Below, piece after piece: positions 40,504-51,156 of a DNA stretch of 64,000 nt. The notes below the pieces were generated by a model, which was not told the DNA's origin, did not search any database, and saw only the letters and a list, made by a program, of their open reading frames with translations. The stretch covers positions 256,001-320,000 of the forward strand of contig CAWFOM010000010.1 of NCBI GenBank assembly GCA_963817385.1, given 5' to 3'. This DNA comes from an uncultured delta proteobacterium. GTDB taxonomy: Bacteria > Desulfobacterota > Syntrophia > Syntrophales > UBA5619. Position numbers and translations under genes: made by a program. How positions within the stretch are numbered: position 1 is the first letter of the stretch; each line of letters starts with the position of its first letter.

Positions 40504-41814
40504 ATGAAAAAGATATCCGTTGGGCTCATCGGTTTCGGAACTATCGGCACGGGAGTTGTCAAACTCCTTCAGCAAAATGGAGACCTCCTCTCCGAACGTG
40601 TCGGAGCTGAGATCTATCTGAAAAGGATTGCTGATATCGATATCTGCAAATCCAGAGGAGTTGCGGTTGATAACGCTTTACTCACAACTGATGCCGCCGA
40701 TATTCTCCATGATCCGGAGATCAGTATTGTCGTTGAACTCATGGGTGGTTATGAACCGGCGCGAACGTTTATTCTTGATGCCATGCGCTGGAAAAAACAC
40801 GTAGTAACGGCCAACAAGGCCCTGCTTGCAACCCACGGAGACGAGATCTTTCAAAATTCCCTTCGAGAGGGAGTCAACATCGGATTTGAAGCCAGCGTTG
40901 GCGGAACCATACCCATCATCAAGACAATAAAAGAAAGCCTGATTGCGAATAGGATTCAATCCATTTTCGCCATCATGAACGGAACGTCCAATTTCATTCT
41001 CAGTAAGATGACCGATGAGGGAAAGTCGTTCGCAGTGGTTCTCAAGGAGGCTCAAGCGTTGGGTTTTGCCGAGGCCAATCCAGTTTACGATATAGAGGGG
41101 ATCGACGCTGCGCATAAGTTAGCTATACTTCTCTCCCTCTCCTATGGGAAGAAGGTGCGTCTGGATGATATTTATCGTGAGGGAATCGCGGAGATCAGCG
41201 AGCAGGATATCGAATTCGCACGGGAGCTCGGTTATCGTATCAAGCTCCTCGCCATTGCAATCAGCAGAGGCCGAGAGATCGAGGCGCGGCTTCACCCGAC
41301 GATGATCCCCTTTGATCACCTCCTCGCCAATGTCAACGGAAACTTTAATGCCTTCCACATTATCGGCGATGCCGCCGATTCAGTATTCCTCTATGGCCAG
41401 GGAGCGGGGATGATGCCGACGGCCAGCGCCGTGATTAGCGATATCGTCGATATATCCAGAGACATTCTGAAGGGAATAACCGGGCGTATTCCTCCACGGG
41501 TGCGCAATGAAGAGAGCATCGAATCGATCCGGTTACTGCCTTTCGATGAGATCAAGACAAATTATTATTTCCGGTTTTCCGCTGTCGATCGCCCTGGCGT
41601 TCTATCACGGATCTCCGGAATACTGGGTGCAAACAATATCAGTATCGCCACAGTCATCCAGAAGGGAAGGAAGCAAAGTGGGGCCGTGCCCGTTGTCATG
41701 ACCACCTATAAGGCACGGGAACACGATGTCCGCAAGGCAATAGAGGATATCGATCAGCTCGATATCGTGATGGGTAAAACCATGCTGATCAGAATCGAGG
41801 ACGACAAACTCTAA
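40504..41814 (+). CDS. hom: Homoserine dehydrogenase with ACT domain
   Basis: GFGTIG, VTANKA, FEASVGG, NGTSNFIL, GAGMMPTASAV, DRPGVL ACT. Confidence 0.95.
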   Translation: MKKISVGLIGFGTIGTGVVKLLQQNGDLLSERVGAEIYLKRIADIDICKSRGVAVDNALLTTDAADILHDPEISIVVELMGGYEPARTFILDAMRWKKHVVTANKALLATHGDEIFQNSLREGVNIGFEASVGGTIPIIKTIKESLIANRIQSIFAIMNGTSNFILSKMTDEGKSFAVVLKEAQALGFAEANPVYDIEGIDAAHKLAILLSLSYGKKVRLDDIYREGIAEISEQDIEFARELGYRIKLLAIAISRGREIEARLHPTMIPFDHLLANVNGNFNAFHIIGDAADSVFLYGQGAGMMPTASAVISDIVDISRDILKGITGRIPPRVRNEESIESIRLLPFDEIKTNYYFRFSAVDRPGVLSRISGILGANNISIATVIQKGRKQSGAVPVVMTTYKAREHDVRKAIEDIDQLDIVMGKTMLIRIEDDKL

Positions 41815-43040
41815 TGAAATACCTAATCCTGCTCGCAGACGGGATGGCCGATTACGGTATCGATGCTCTTGGAGGTAAAACTCCTCTTGAATATGCCCAC
41901 ACCCCCCATATGGACAGGATGGCCGCAGAGGGAACCCTTGGGCTGATAGACACGATTCCTCAAGGACTTCCAGCCGGAAGCGATGTGGCTAATCTAGCGG
42001 TCCTTGGTTATAACCCACGCGAATGTTACACGGGCCGGGGTCCACTTGAAGCCGCAAGTATGGGGATTATCCTTTCTCCGGAAGATGTCGCCTTTCGGTG
42101 CAATCTCGTCACTCTTAGAGATTGCGCAGATCCGATTATGGAGGATTTCACTGCCGGCCACATCTCCACAGCAGAGGCAAAACGGATAATTGACGATATG
42201 GAGATAGTTTTTGGATCAGAAGTATTCCGCTTTTATCCGGGAGTAGGATACCGCCATCTGTTGGTCTGGAAAGGGGGCGAATCGGAATTAACAGTGACGC
42301 CACCTCATGATATCACCGGCAAGACCATCAGCCCATATCTTCCACAGGGATCGGGGGCCGAACAGATCAGACTCCTCATGCGCCTCTCACAGAAATTTCT
42401 TGCCGACCATCCCGTTAATCAAGAGAGAAGGGAACAAGGACTAAAACCGGCAACCTCCATTTGGCTATGGGGACAAGGTAAGGCACCGCGGATGCAGAAA
42501 ATCGCGGATCGGTTTCAGATCCGTGGCGGCATGATCTCCGCAGTTGATCTCTTAAACGGCATAGGCCTCAATGCCGGCCTGGAGGTCCTATCAGTCGCAG
42601 GGGCAACGGGATACACAGACACGAACTACCGGGGCAAAGCAAAAAAGGCACTCTCATCCCTGAAAGAACTCGATCTTGTTTTTGTCCATGTCGAGGCCCC
42701 TGATGAAATGGGTCACGAAGGGAATGTGGAAGGAAAAATTAAGGCTATTGAAGATTTCGATGAGAAAGTCATCGGAACTGTTCTTCAGGGGATGGGAAGC
42801 AGAGAACCCTTCCGGATAGCCGTTTTGAGTGATCACCCCACTCCGCTCAGCCTGAAAACACACGTCGGCGATCCCAGTCCATTTGCCGTTCTCTCCTCGT
42901 TGAAAACGGAAAATCAAGGCAGGGGGATTTCTTTCGGAGAAAGAGAAGCCGTTAGGACGGGGAATATCATTTCGCCGGGTCACCGTTTTATGGAAATTTT
43001 TATTGGCGATTGGAGAAGTTTTATTGCAAAAAACTCTTGA
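41814..43040 (+). CDS. apgM: Cofactor-independent phosphoglycerate mutase (ApgM type)
   Basis: DGMAD, GSDVAN, GRGPLEA, HVEAPDEMGH, SDHPTP. Confidence 0.85.
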   Translation: MKYLILLADGMADYGIDALGGKTPLEYAHTPHMDRMAAEGTLGLIDTIPQGLPAGSDVANLAVLGYNPRECYTGRGPLEAASMGIILSPEDVAFRCNLVTLRDCADPIMEDFTAGHISTAEAKRIIDDMEIVFGSEVFRFYPGVGYRHLLVWKGGESELTVTPPHDITGKTISPYLPQGSGAEQIRLLMRLSQKFLADHPVNQERREQGLKPATSIWLWGQGKAPRMQKIADRFQIRGGMISAVDLLNGIGLNAGLEVLSVAGATGYTDTNYRGKAKKALSSLKELDLVFVHVEAPDEMGHEGNVEGKIKAIEDFDEKVIGTVLQGMGSREPFRIAVLSDHPTPLSLKTHVGDPSPFAVLSSLKTENQGRGISFGEREAVRTGNIISPGHRFMEIFIGDWRSFIAKNS

Positions 43041-43206
43041 TAAAATCAGAGTTATCTATGCTGATACCGAGATGTGCGTATCCTAATGTACTGAAATTGA
43101 GGCGGAAGGGTTCAAGTAGGAGCGGAAAGATCATTCGCATCCCGCAGATGACCGTGGGAATAATTCGTCAATTCTTTCCTAACATTTGAGGAGCAAAGAA
43201 AAACAA

Positions 43207-43887
43207 ATGGCAACGACAAAAATTGATAAAAAAGCGCTTGAGGAGCCCGATAAGCTTCAACTATTTTTTCTCAAGATCCGGGAATTTGCGGAAAGACACA
43301 GGATCCGGATATACGCGGGAACAGGGGTTTTCATCTTGATTGTTCTCCTCACCGGTGGATGGCACCTCTACCAACTAAACTACGAAACAAACGCCGCGAA
43401 GGTATATGCACGGATCCTTGAAACCGCAATGAAGAGTGCATCCCCCGCCGGAGATCCAGCAGCCATCAAAGGGTATAAGGATCTCATCGCCCGGTATCCA
43501 CGGAGTCGGGTGGCAATTACGGCATATTACCGGCTTGGAAATCTTTATTTCGATCGGCATGAACTCGATTCCGCAATACTCGCTTATCGAGATTTCTTAT
43601 TGAAGGCACCCGCAGACAGTGATCTCGTTACATTGGCCTATAACACTTTGGGATCCTGTTACGAGATAAAGAAAGACTTTAATAAAGCTATTGAATCATA
43701 TGATATAGCACTTAAATCAAAGACTGCATCATCATATGAAGCCCTCAATTATGGCGGTATCGCCAGGGTCTATGAGAAGATGAACAATCCTGCAAAGGCT
43801 AGAGAGTTCTACCAGAAAGCTCTGGGAAAAACGAAGGATCCGTTGATGACGCTATATCTCAAGAGAAAGATTTCTCTTTTAGGGTAG
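43207..43887 (+). CDS. Membrane-anchored TPR protein (YfgM-like)
   Basis: Single N-terminal TM then TPR-like repeats (AYYRLG, AYNTLG). Confidence 0.7.
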   Translation: MATTKIDKKALEEPDKLQLFFLKIREFAERHRIRIYAGTGVFILIVLLTGGWHLYQLNYETNAAKVYARILETAMKSASPAGDPAAIKGYKDLIARYPRSRVAITAYYRLGNLYFDRHELDSAILAYRDFLLKAPADSDLVTLAYNTLGSCYEIKKDFNKAIESYDIALKSKTASSYEALNYGGIARVYEKMNNPAKAREFYQKALGKTKDPLMTLYLKRKISLLG

Positions 43888-43938
43888 TTTCTTATATATC
43901 TTGATGACAAGATTGATTGAGGTGATAAGAGGTATTTT

Positions 43939-45729
43939 GTGAAAGAATTGATGTCCGGAAATGAGGCGATTGCCAGGGGAGCTTATGAATGTGGGGCCCG
44001 ATTCGCCGCGGGTTACCCGGGAACACCCAGCACGGAAATCATGGAGACCTTTGCAACCTATCCGGGTGTTTATGCGGAATGGTCACCGAACGAAAAGGTG
44101 GCCATGGAAGTCGGAATTGGTGCCGCCCTCGCTGGAGCACGTGCAATGGTGGTCATGAAGCATGTCGGTGTTAATGTTGCAGCCGATCCGCTCTTTACGG
44201 TTAGTTATACAGGGACAAACGGCGCATTGGTTATCATAACCGCCGATGACCCCTCTCTCCACAGCTCTCAAAATGAACAGGATAATCGACATTACGCAAG
44301 ATTCGCAAAAATACCCATGCTTGAGCCCTCCGATAGCCAAGAAGCCAAAGAGTATATCAAACTGGCTTTCCAGATAAGCGAGCAATTCGATACCCCTGTC
44401 TTTCTCCGTTCAACTACCCGAGTTTCTCATTCCAAGTCGGTCGTCATTTTAGAGGAACCGCTAAACAATGAAGACCATACCGCCATCCAGTTCAACGCGG
44501 ACAAATTCGTCATGGTTCCAATGAATGCGCGTAAACGACGATTGGTCATCGAACGGCGTATGGAGAATCTCAAATCGTTCGCAGAAACTTTTCCCGAAAA
44601 CCGCATGGAGCTAAACGACCGCGACATTGGAGTTATTACTGCTGGGATGCCCTATAATTATATCAAGGATGTTTTCCCCGACTATTCCTATCTAAAATTA
44701 GGGATGGTCTATCCCCTCCCATTTGAGCTAATCAAGCAATTTGCTTCTCATGTAAAGAAGCTCTATGTGCTCGAGGAGCTGGATCCTTTTATCGAAGAGC
44801 AAATACGATCCATTGGAATCGCGGTGACAGGAAAGGAGATATTCCCGTATACTAATGAATTTGATCCGGGGATTATCGAACAGGCCATTACCGGACGTAG
44901 AGAGATTTCACCGAATTTTCCGCCTGTGGAGATTCCCCCCCGGCCGCCTAATCTGTGTCCCGGATGTCCCCACCGCGGCCTCTTTTATGTACTCGGCCAA
45001 TTGAAGATCTTCGTAACTGGGGATATCGGCTGTTATACCCTCTCTTTTATGAAGCCTCTCGAAGGACTTCACTCATGCATCTGCATGGGCGCCAGTATCG
45101 GAATGGCTCACGGAATGAGTAAGGCCCTCGGAGAAAAGGGGAGGGGAAAGGTGGTCGGTGTAATCGGAGACTCCACATTTATCCATTCGGGGATTACTCC
45201 ACTTCTTGATATGGCCTATAACCGGAGCAACGCCGTGATCGTCATCTGCGACAATAGAACGACTGCGATGACCGGACTGCAGGAACATCCCGCTACTGGC
45301 TTCACTCTTCAAGGAGAAAAGACTATCGGTGTCGATCTGGCCGCCCTAGCCAGTACACTGGGCATCGAAAGCGTACGGATTGTCGACCCCCATGATCTGA
45401 AGGCGGTTAGAGGCGTGCTAAAAGAGGAACTTGCTAAGGAAGGCCCATCTGTCGTGATCACGAGGCGTTCGTGCGTCCTCTTCAAAAGAGCACTGGAGAT
45501 GCCAAAAAAACCGTTGCGTATCGACGCGGAAAAGTGCACCGGGTGTCGTCTCTGCCTCGGCCTTGGCTGTCCGCCAATCACTTGGAAAAGCAGGCAATAT
45601 ACCCTCTCAAATGAAGAAAAGAAGAAAAAAAAGAGGGATGGTATTGCGGTCATCGATCGAAATCTATGCGCAGGTTGCGGTTTATGCCAGCAGATCTGCC
45701 GTTCTGGTGCCATCATTGAGGAGATGTAA
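43939..45729 (+). CDS. iorA: Indolepyruvate:ferredoxin oxidoreductase alpha subunit
   Basis: GNEAIARGA, YPGTPSTE, NEKVA, SSQNEQD, CPGCPH, GDIGCY, TAMTG, ferredoxin C-terminus. Confidence 0.94.
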   Translation: MKELMSGNEAIARGAYECGARFAAGYPGTPSTEIMETFATYPGVYAEWSPNEKVAMEVGIGAALAGARAMVVMKHVGVNVAADPLFTVSYTGTNGALVIITADDPSLHSSQNEQDNRHYARFAKIPMLEPSDSQEAKEYIKLAFQISEQFDTPVFLRSTTRVSHSKSVVILEEPLNNEDHTAIQFNADKFVMVPMNARKRRLVIERRMENLKSFAETFPENRMELNDRDIGVITAGMPYNYIKDVFPDYSYLKLGMVYPLPFELIKQFASHVKKLYVLEELDPFIEEQIRSIGIAVTGKEIFPYTNEFDPGIIEQAITGRREISPNFPPVEIPPRPPNLCPGCPHRGLFYVLGQLKIFVTGDIGCYTLSFMKPLEGLHSCICMGASIGMAHGMSKALGEKGRGKVVGVIGDSTFIHSGITPLLDMAYNRSNAVIVICDNRTTAMTGLQEHPATGFTLQGEKTIGVDLAALASTLGIESVRIVDPHDLKAVRGVLKEELAKEGPSVVITRRSCVLFKRALEMPKKPLRIDAEKCTGCRLCLGLGCPPITWKSRQYTLSNEEKKKKKRDGIAVIDRNLCAGCGLCQQICRSGAIIEEM

Positions 45730-45733
45730 CGAA

Positions 45734-46306
45734 ATGGGTACGAAAGGCATATTGATAGCCGGTGTCGGCGGCCAGGGAATACTCCGTGCCAGTGATATCG
45801 TCTCCCGCGTTGCCATGGCTGCTGGTCTTGACGTTAAGAAGAGCGAAGTTCACGGCATGGCCCAGCGAGGTGGCTGCGTGACAAGCCATGTGCGTTACGG
45901 GGAGAATGTCCATTCTCCGCTTGCAAAAAAACATGATGTTGATATCCTCATTTCTTTTGAGAAAATTGAAACACTACGTTATCTGGATTACCTTCGGGAT
46001 AATGGGAGCATCATCATCAATACCGAAGAAATCTACCCGCCAGCAGTAAATCTGGGGGACGCAATATATCCGACGGATATAATAGAGAGAGTGAAACGGT
46101 TATTTGAGAAGGTCAAGGTGGTCGATGCCGCTACTCTGGCCCTCCAGGCTGGCAATATCCGCACCGTCAATGCTGTACTATTAGGAACACTTTCCACCTG
46201 CCTGGCATTTTCAAACAAAACATGGGAAAAAGTGTTTAAGGAGTCATTCCCTCCAAAGCTTGTCGATGTTAACATGGAAGCATTCCGTTTGGGAAGGAAC
46301 TTATGA
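45734..46306 (+). CDS. iorB: Indolepyruvate:ferredoxin oxidoreductase beta subunit
   Basis: GVGGQG, SEVHGMAQRGG, NMEAFRLG; start ATG 45734. Confidence 0.94.
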   Translation: MGTKGILIAGVGGQGILRASDIVSRVAMAAGLDVKKSEVHGMAQRGGCVTSHVRYGENVHSPLAKKHDVDILISFEKIETLRYLDYLRDNGSIIINTEEIYPPAVNLGDAIYPTDIIERVKRLFEKVKVVDAATLALQAGNIRTVNAVLLGTLSTCLAFSNKTWEKVFKESFPPKLVDVNMEAFRLGRNL

Positions 46307-46390
46307 AGATCTGGCCATCATAGGTCATCATCTTGACAAATCCCGATCGATAGATAATATATTTTTAAAAAAACAGTGGCAGATGTCCTT

Positions 46391-47341
46391 ATGGCAGATG
46401 ATTATTATAAAATATTGGGTGTTGAAAAGAATGCTGATCAGGAGGATATCAAGAAGGCCTACCGTAAACTCGCCCTGAAGTTCCATCCCGACCGGAATCC
46501 AAACAATCGCGAGGCAGAGGAAAAATTCAAAAAGATCAGTGAGGCCTATGCTGTTCTTAGTGATCAGGAAAAACGAAAACAATATGACAGTTTCGGCTCC
46601 GACCAATTCAGCCAACGGTATAGTCATGATGATATTTTTCGTGATTTCGACATCAATCAAATCCTCCGAGATATGGGATTCGGAGGCGTCAGTGGCACGA
46701 ATAGATCTTATCGGGGTACCGGTGGTAAGCGTGGGAGCTATACATTCCGCGGAGGTGATTCTTTCGGAGATCTCTTCGGCCAGGGGGGTCAGAAATATTA
46801 CCAGGCACCACAGAGGGGTGAAGACCTGCAATACAATCTCAACATTACCTTAGAGGAGTCTGTTTTCGGTGCGGATAAGAAACTATCTCTCAAGAGGGAT
46901 GGGCATGTAGATGAAATTAATGTAAAAATCCCCGCCGGTATCAGCACGGGGAAGAAGCTGAGGCTTGCAGGGAAGGGGAATGCCGGGCCGGAGGGAGGGC
47001 CCACCGGCGATCTCTATCTTAACATTAATGTCGCGTCCCATCCGATCTTTGCTAGGGACGGAAACGATATCTATATAGATAAAGCGATCACGTTCACACA
47101 GGCGGTCCTGGGAACAAGCATCGATGTCCCGACAATCGATGGTACGATTAAAAGAATCAAGATTCCTGTGGGAACACAAAATGGTACGAAGATACGCATG
47201 AAGGGGTACGGTGCTCCGGCTCTAAAAGGTACCGGATCGACGAAAGGTGACCAATATGTCAAGGTCACTATCGAGGTGCCACGTAAAATAAATGAAAATC
47301 AGCTCAAACTCATTAAAAAGTTATCGGATGAGGGGCTATAA
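46391..47341 (+). CDS. Class B J-domain chaperone (CbpA/DnaJ-like, no Zn finger)
   Basis: [13 protein letters not shown]-rich region, DnaJ C-terminal domain; no CxxCxGxG repeats. Confidence 0.9.
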   Translation: MADDYYKILGVEKNADQEDIKKAYRKLALKFHPDRNPNNREAEEKFKKISEAYAVLSDQEKRKQYDSFGSDQFSQRYSHDDIFRDFDINQILRDMGFGGVSGTNRSYRGTGGKRGSYTFRGGDSFGDLFGQGGQKYYQAPQRGEDLQYNLNITLEESVFGADKKLSLKRDGHVDEINVKIPAGISTGKKLRLAGKGNAGPEGGPTGDLYLNINVASHPIFARDGNDIYIDKAITFTQAVLGTSIDVPTIDGTIKRIKIPVGTQNGTKIRMKGYGAPALKGTGSTKGDQYVKVTIEVPRKINENQLKLIKKLSDEGL

Positions 47342-47478
47342 AGTTCTGAATCTTGATAATGTCACATAAGATATATTATGTAAACTATCTGATGACCGCC
47401 ACATCTTTCTCGTGGAAGGAGTAAAGCCGTTTCTCCGGGCGACGTCCGGACCGGCTGCCTGTTTGTCCACCCGTTCGG

Positions 47479-48513
47479 TTATCTTTTTGGGCGCCCCGAT
47501 GGCTTCCTTCCTCGCTTCCTGATTCTTCCGGTGGAACTTATTGATCCCGCACATGATTCTCCTTCCGGCAGATCCGTCTTCAACGATCCGATCAGCTCCG
47601 TGATTTTTCTGATCTCGTGGCGGTTCAGGTAATCGCTGATACCTTCGAGGATCTCGATCGTCGCCGAGGGTCGGATGAAATTGGCGGTGCCGATTTCGAC
47701 GGCCCTCGCTCCGGTGATGAGAAATTCAAGGGCGTCGGCAGCGGTCATGATGCCGCCGATGCCGATGACGGGGATCTTCACCGCCCGGACGACCTGCCAG
47801 ACCATCCGGAGGGCAACGGGCCGGATAGCGGGCCCCGAGAGGCCGCCGGTGATGTTTGCCAGATGGGGCCGCCGCTGTTCGATGTCCACCGACATCCCCG
47901 TGAGCGTATTGATCAGGGATACGGCGTCGGCCCCGGCCGCCTCTACCGCCAGGGCGATCTCGACGATGTCCGCCACGTTCGGTGTCAGCTTGACGATGAG
48001 GGGAAGATCGGTTTCGCTCCGGACCTGCCGGGTCACCTCCGCGGCCGCCTCGGGACTAGCGCCGAAGGCGATCCCCCCTTTTTTTACGTTCGGGCAGGAG
48101 ATGTTGACCTCGATGGCGTGGATGCCGTCGACACCGCTCAAAATCTTCGCCACGCGCCGGTATTCGTCGATGGTCTCCCCGAAGATGTTGACGATCACTG
48201 CGGCTTTATACTGTCTCAGAAAGGGAAGTTTTCTCTCGACAAAAGCACGGACGCCGATGTTTTGGAGCCCCACGGCATTGAGCACCCCGGAGGGGGTCTC
48301 CATGATCCGCGGGGGTGGGTTACCGTCCCGCGGCTCCAGCGAAAGGCCTTTAACGACTACGGCGCCCAGACGGTTCAGATCGACGAAGGGGGCATACTCT
48401 TCTCCGTAACCGAACGTCCCCGAGGCCGTCATGACGGGGTTCTTGAGTGTCAGGTCGCCGATGGCAACCGAGAGATCCGGTACACGAGGTCTGTTTGGTG
48501 ATGGTGCATCCAT
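47479..48513 (-). CDS. pyrD: Dihydroorotate dehydrogenase (family 1B) catalytic subunit
   Basis: ASGTFG, NAVGLQN, NISCPN, KLTPN, INT, GGLSG; long C-terminal tail. Confidence 0.94.
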   Translation of the reverse strand: MDAPSPNRPRVPDLSVAIGDLTLKNPVMTASGTFGYGEEYAPFVDLNRLGAVVVKGLSLEPRDGNPPPRIMETPSGVLNAVGLQNIGVRAFVERKLPFLRQYKAAVIVNIFGETIDEYRRVAKILSGVDGIHAIEVNISCPNVKKGGIAFGASPEAAAEVTRQVRSETDLPLIVKLTPNVADIVEIALAVEAAGADAVSLINTLTGMSVDIEQRRPHLANITGGLSGPAIRPVALRMVWQVVRAVKIPVIGIGGIMTAADALEFLITGARAVEIGTANFIRPSATIEILEGISDYLNRHEIRKITELIGSLKTDLPEGESCAGSISSTGRIRKRGRKPSGRPKR

Positions 48514-48525
48514 GATTCGTTTTCC

Positions 48526-49410
48526 TTATATGCCGCGGGGAGAGGGCAAAAGGACCTCCCGGAGATCGAAAACCGGACCGTCCTGGCAGACCCGCCGGTA
48601 TTCCCTTTTCCCTTCCGGGCCGCGGATCGCCACCGCGCACCCGAGACAGGCCCCTAGGCCGCAGGCCATCCGCTCTTCGAGAGAGACCTGACAGGGGATG
48701 GGGTGCTCCCTGAGCAGGGGTCCCAGCGCCCGGATCATCGACGTCGGCCCGCAGGCATAGATGACGGTATCCTTGGGATTATAGCGATCGAGATCGCCGG
48801 CGTTGATGACTGCGACATTCGGATCGGTGCAATTGAGTTCATCTTTGAGCAACGCGGTCACGGGACCGTGATACCCCTGACTCCCGTCGTCGGTGCAGAT
48901 TTCCAGTTCGCAAAAATCCCCGAACTGATCCAGACAGAGCAGGAGTTCCGCGCTCCGGGCGCCGAGATAGAAATTCTTTTGGATTTCGTGCCCCGCTTTG
49001 GATGCCAGGAGCCCACTGTGGAGGAGGTAAACCAGGGGGGCTACACCGACTCCTCCCGCGACGAAGAGGACCCGTCTGATCCCGGAAGGAAGGGTAAAGC
49101 CCCTGCCGAGGGGGCCGAGAACGGCCAGTTCGTCACCGGGTTTCATCCGGGCGAGGAGCGTGGTACCCCTGCCTGCCACGCGGAAGAGGAGCTCCAGAAC
49201 GGCATGGTCCTCATGCCTCTGAAAACCGAAGACGCTGAGCGGTCGGGCGAGGAGCGGCTCTCTCCTTCCTGATTCGCGGATCATGACGAACTGTCCCGGT
49301 AACGGGGTTGCAAACGCCGGGGGCAGCCGGACGGAAAGGAGGAAGTGATCTGGAGCCGCACAGCGGTTTCCCAAAATCACGCCGCTCATCATGGCTCCTT
49401 TTTCATACAT
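48526..49410 (-). CDS. pyrK: Dihydroorotate dehydrogenase electron transfer subunit
   Basis: PGQF, RPLS, GGVGVAP, CGP, MACGLGACLGC, CQDGPVF. Confidence 0.93.
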   Translation of the reverse strand: MYEKGAMMSGVILGNRCAAPDHFLLSVRLPPAFATPLPGQFVMIRESGRREPLLARPLSVFGFQRHEDHAVLELLFRVAGRGTTLLARMKPGDELAVLGPLGRGFTLPSGIRRVLFVAGGVGVAPLVYLLHSGLLASKAGHEIQKNFYLGARSAELLLCLDQFGDFCELEICTDDGSQGYHGPVTALLKDELNCTDPNVAVINAGDLDRYNPKDTVIYACGPTSMIRALGPLLREHPIPCQVSLEERMACGLGACLGCAVAIRGPEGKREYRRVCQDGPVFDLREVLLPSPRGI

Positions 49411-49924
49411 TGCTTCCCTCCCCCGCCGCTACGGCCGTTGCGCTCTCTCCATAAAGTATCAGGTGCAGATCCGCCCACATGATCAGCGCGTCCTCCCGCG
49501 TGTCCGTGTAATATCCGGAGCGGACACCCCTGACGGAAAAGCCGAATTTCTCATAGAATTTTTGGGCCGGCAGATTGGATCGACGCACCTCGAGAGTAAT
49601 CCACCGCGCCCCCTCCAGTCGTGCACACCGTATCGCCTCATTGAGCATCCGGGAGGCGATACGCCTTCTCCGCATATCACGTCGGACCGCGATGTTGTGG
49701 ACGTGTATCTCGTCCGCCACCCGCCAGTAGACCGCGTAACCCGCCACACACCGCCCCTGCTCATGGGCGGTCCTGCCCACGAGCATCCGGGAAATAGGGG
49801 AGGTAATTTCGTTTCTAAACATGTTCTCAGACCAGGGAGTGGAGTAGGAGTCCCTTTCTATTGCGATGATCTCGCCGATATTCCCCTCTTCATATTCTCC
49901 GATTTCGAGATCGCCGTTTTCCAT
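49403..49924 (-). CDS. rimI: Ribosomal-protein-alanine N-acetyltransferase
   Basis: TPWS, HNIAV, LEVRRSN, FYEKFGF, YYTDTREDALIM. Confidence 0.9.
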   Translation of the reverse strand: MENGDLEIGEYEEGNIGEIIAIERDSYSTPWSENMFRNEITSPISRMLVGRTAHEQGRCVAGYAVYWRVADEIHVHNIAVRRDMRRRRIASRMLNEAIRCARLEGARWITLEVRRSNLPAQKFYEKFGFSVRGVRSGYYTDTREDALIMWADLHLILYGESATAVAAGEGSNV

Positions 49925-49927
49925 CGT

Positions 49928-50623
49928 TCAGTTGCTCCGGATAAGGCCGAGAACGACCGTTGCTGCCAGAAAGACAGCGCAGAAGATCGGCACTATCCCG
50001 CGAATATTGATGGTGTTAAGCGCCACTGCCGCCCCCAACAGGGGAAGGAGGCTGTAGAGGAGCGTGAGACCCCTGATGACAAAGGGGGCAAGGCGCGGGT
50101 AGAGCCAAGTCATTGCGGCAATTCCGATCGGAAGGGCGATCAGGATAAAGGCAGCTGACAGAAGATAGGTCTTCAGAATAGCGGAGAGATGCTTGCGGGC
50201 GATCGACCGGATGTCACCCCTGGCTGCATCGTTCAGAGCATCTCTGGTCAGTTTCTCGTTTCCTTGGATGATCCAAAGCTCCATCCGCTGCCCGAGAACC
50301 CCGAATGGAATGAAGATGAGGACGGACAGGGCAATCAGCCCTTGTGAGATATTGCCGAGGAGCCGGGCGCTCTCAATGGAGGAAGCGGTTATCAGGATGG
50401 CCGCCATGGTATCGTTGGGGGGGATATAGGCGCCGATTGGTAGTCGATCGATCCAGAACAGTTCAATGAAAGCGCCGGCAATGAGGCCGGTGTAGGGATC
50501 TCCCAGGATCAGACCGATTATCGGTGCTGCCACTATCGGCCGGGAGATCATGACCTGTAAAACAACCCGGTCCAGGCAGAGGAAGGCGCCTGCAAAAGAT
50601 ACGACCATCACCTTCAGTATCAT
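49928..50623 (-). CDS. PTS mannose-family IIC component
   Basis: SRPIVAAPIIG, ELFW, PIGAYIPPN; hydrophobic. Confidence 0.8.
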   Translation of the reverse strand: MILKVMVVSFAGAFLCLDRVVLQVMISRPIVAAPIIGLILGDPYTGLIAGAFIELFWIDRLPIGAYIPPNDTMAAILITASSIESARLLGNISQGLIALSVLIFIPFGVLGQRMELWIIQGNEKLTRDALNDAARGDIRSIARKHLSAILKTYLLSAAFILIALPIGIAAMTWLYPRLAPFVIRGLTLLYSLLPLLGAAVALNTINIRGIVPIFCAVFLAATVVLGLIRSN

Positions 50624-50657
50624 AGCGTTCGCCTTAACACGCAATTATCAGTTAAGA

Positions 50658-51140
50658 CTATGTGACCTGGACGACGTCGAAATAATCTACCGGTTTTTCC
50701 CGGGGAACAGGCTGCAGGTCTATCTGGACCCCCTCTGCGCGAAGCGAGGAGAGGTCACGGATGTCGCCTTCGCTCAAAAGGACGGAGGCGGTACAACGAC
50801 GTTTACAATCTTCATTGTAGACGTTGCCGATATTGAGTCTGTCGAACCGGAATCCGAGATGATAGGCCATGAGCGCATCGGATATCTTACTGAAAAGCAC
50901 AATCGTTTTCTGACCGCTCCCCTGACGGAAGGAATAAGTTTCGGCAAATTCTTTCACGCCGCAGATAATGACCTCGACTTCCCGGGGAACCGCCATGCGG
51001 ATTACCGACTCGCAAAAGTAATCGGCGGCTACATGGTCGTCGACAACGATGATGCAGGATACCCGCAAATAGGGAATCCACGCCTCCAAGATCTGGCCAT
51101 GGACCAGCCTATTGTCCACCCGTACGTGGGCTATATCCAT
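50658..51140 (-). CDS. PTS mannose/sorbose-family IIB component
   Basis: RVDNRLVHGQ phospho-His motif, LNIGN; start ATG 51140. Confidence 0.88.
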   Translation of the reverse strand: MDIAHVRVDNRLVHGQILEAWIPYLRVSCIIVVDDHVAADYFCESVIRMAVPREVEVIICGVKEFAETYSFRQGSGQKTIVLFSKISDALMAYHLGFRFDRLNIGNVYNEDCKRRCTASVLLSEGDIRDLSSLRAEGVQIDLQPVPREKPVDYFDVVQVT

Positions 51141-51156
51141 TGAAGCCAGCAATGGG

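Noticed and set aside
47540..47554. MCGI start suggesting an Ntn amidotransferase (glmS/asnB/purF)
   Set aside because: Similarity stops after four residues
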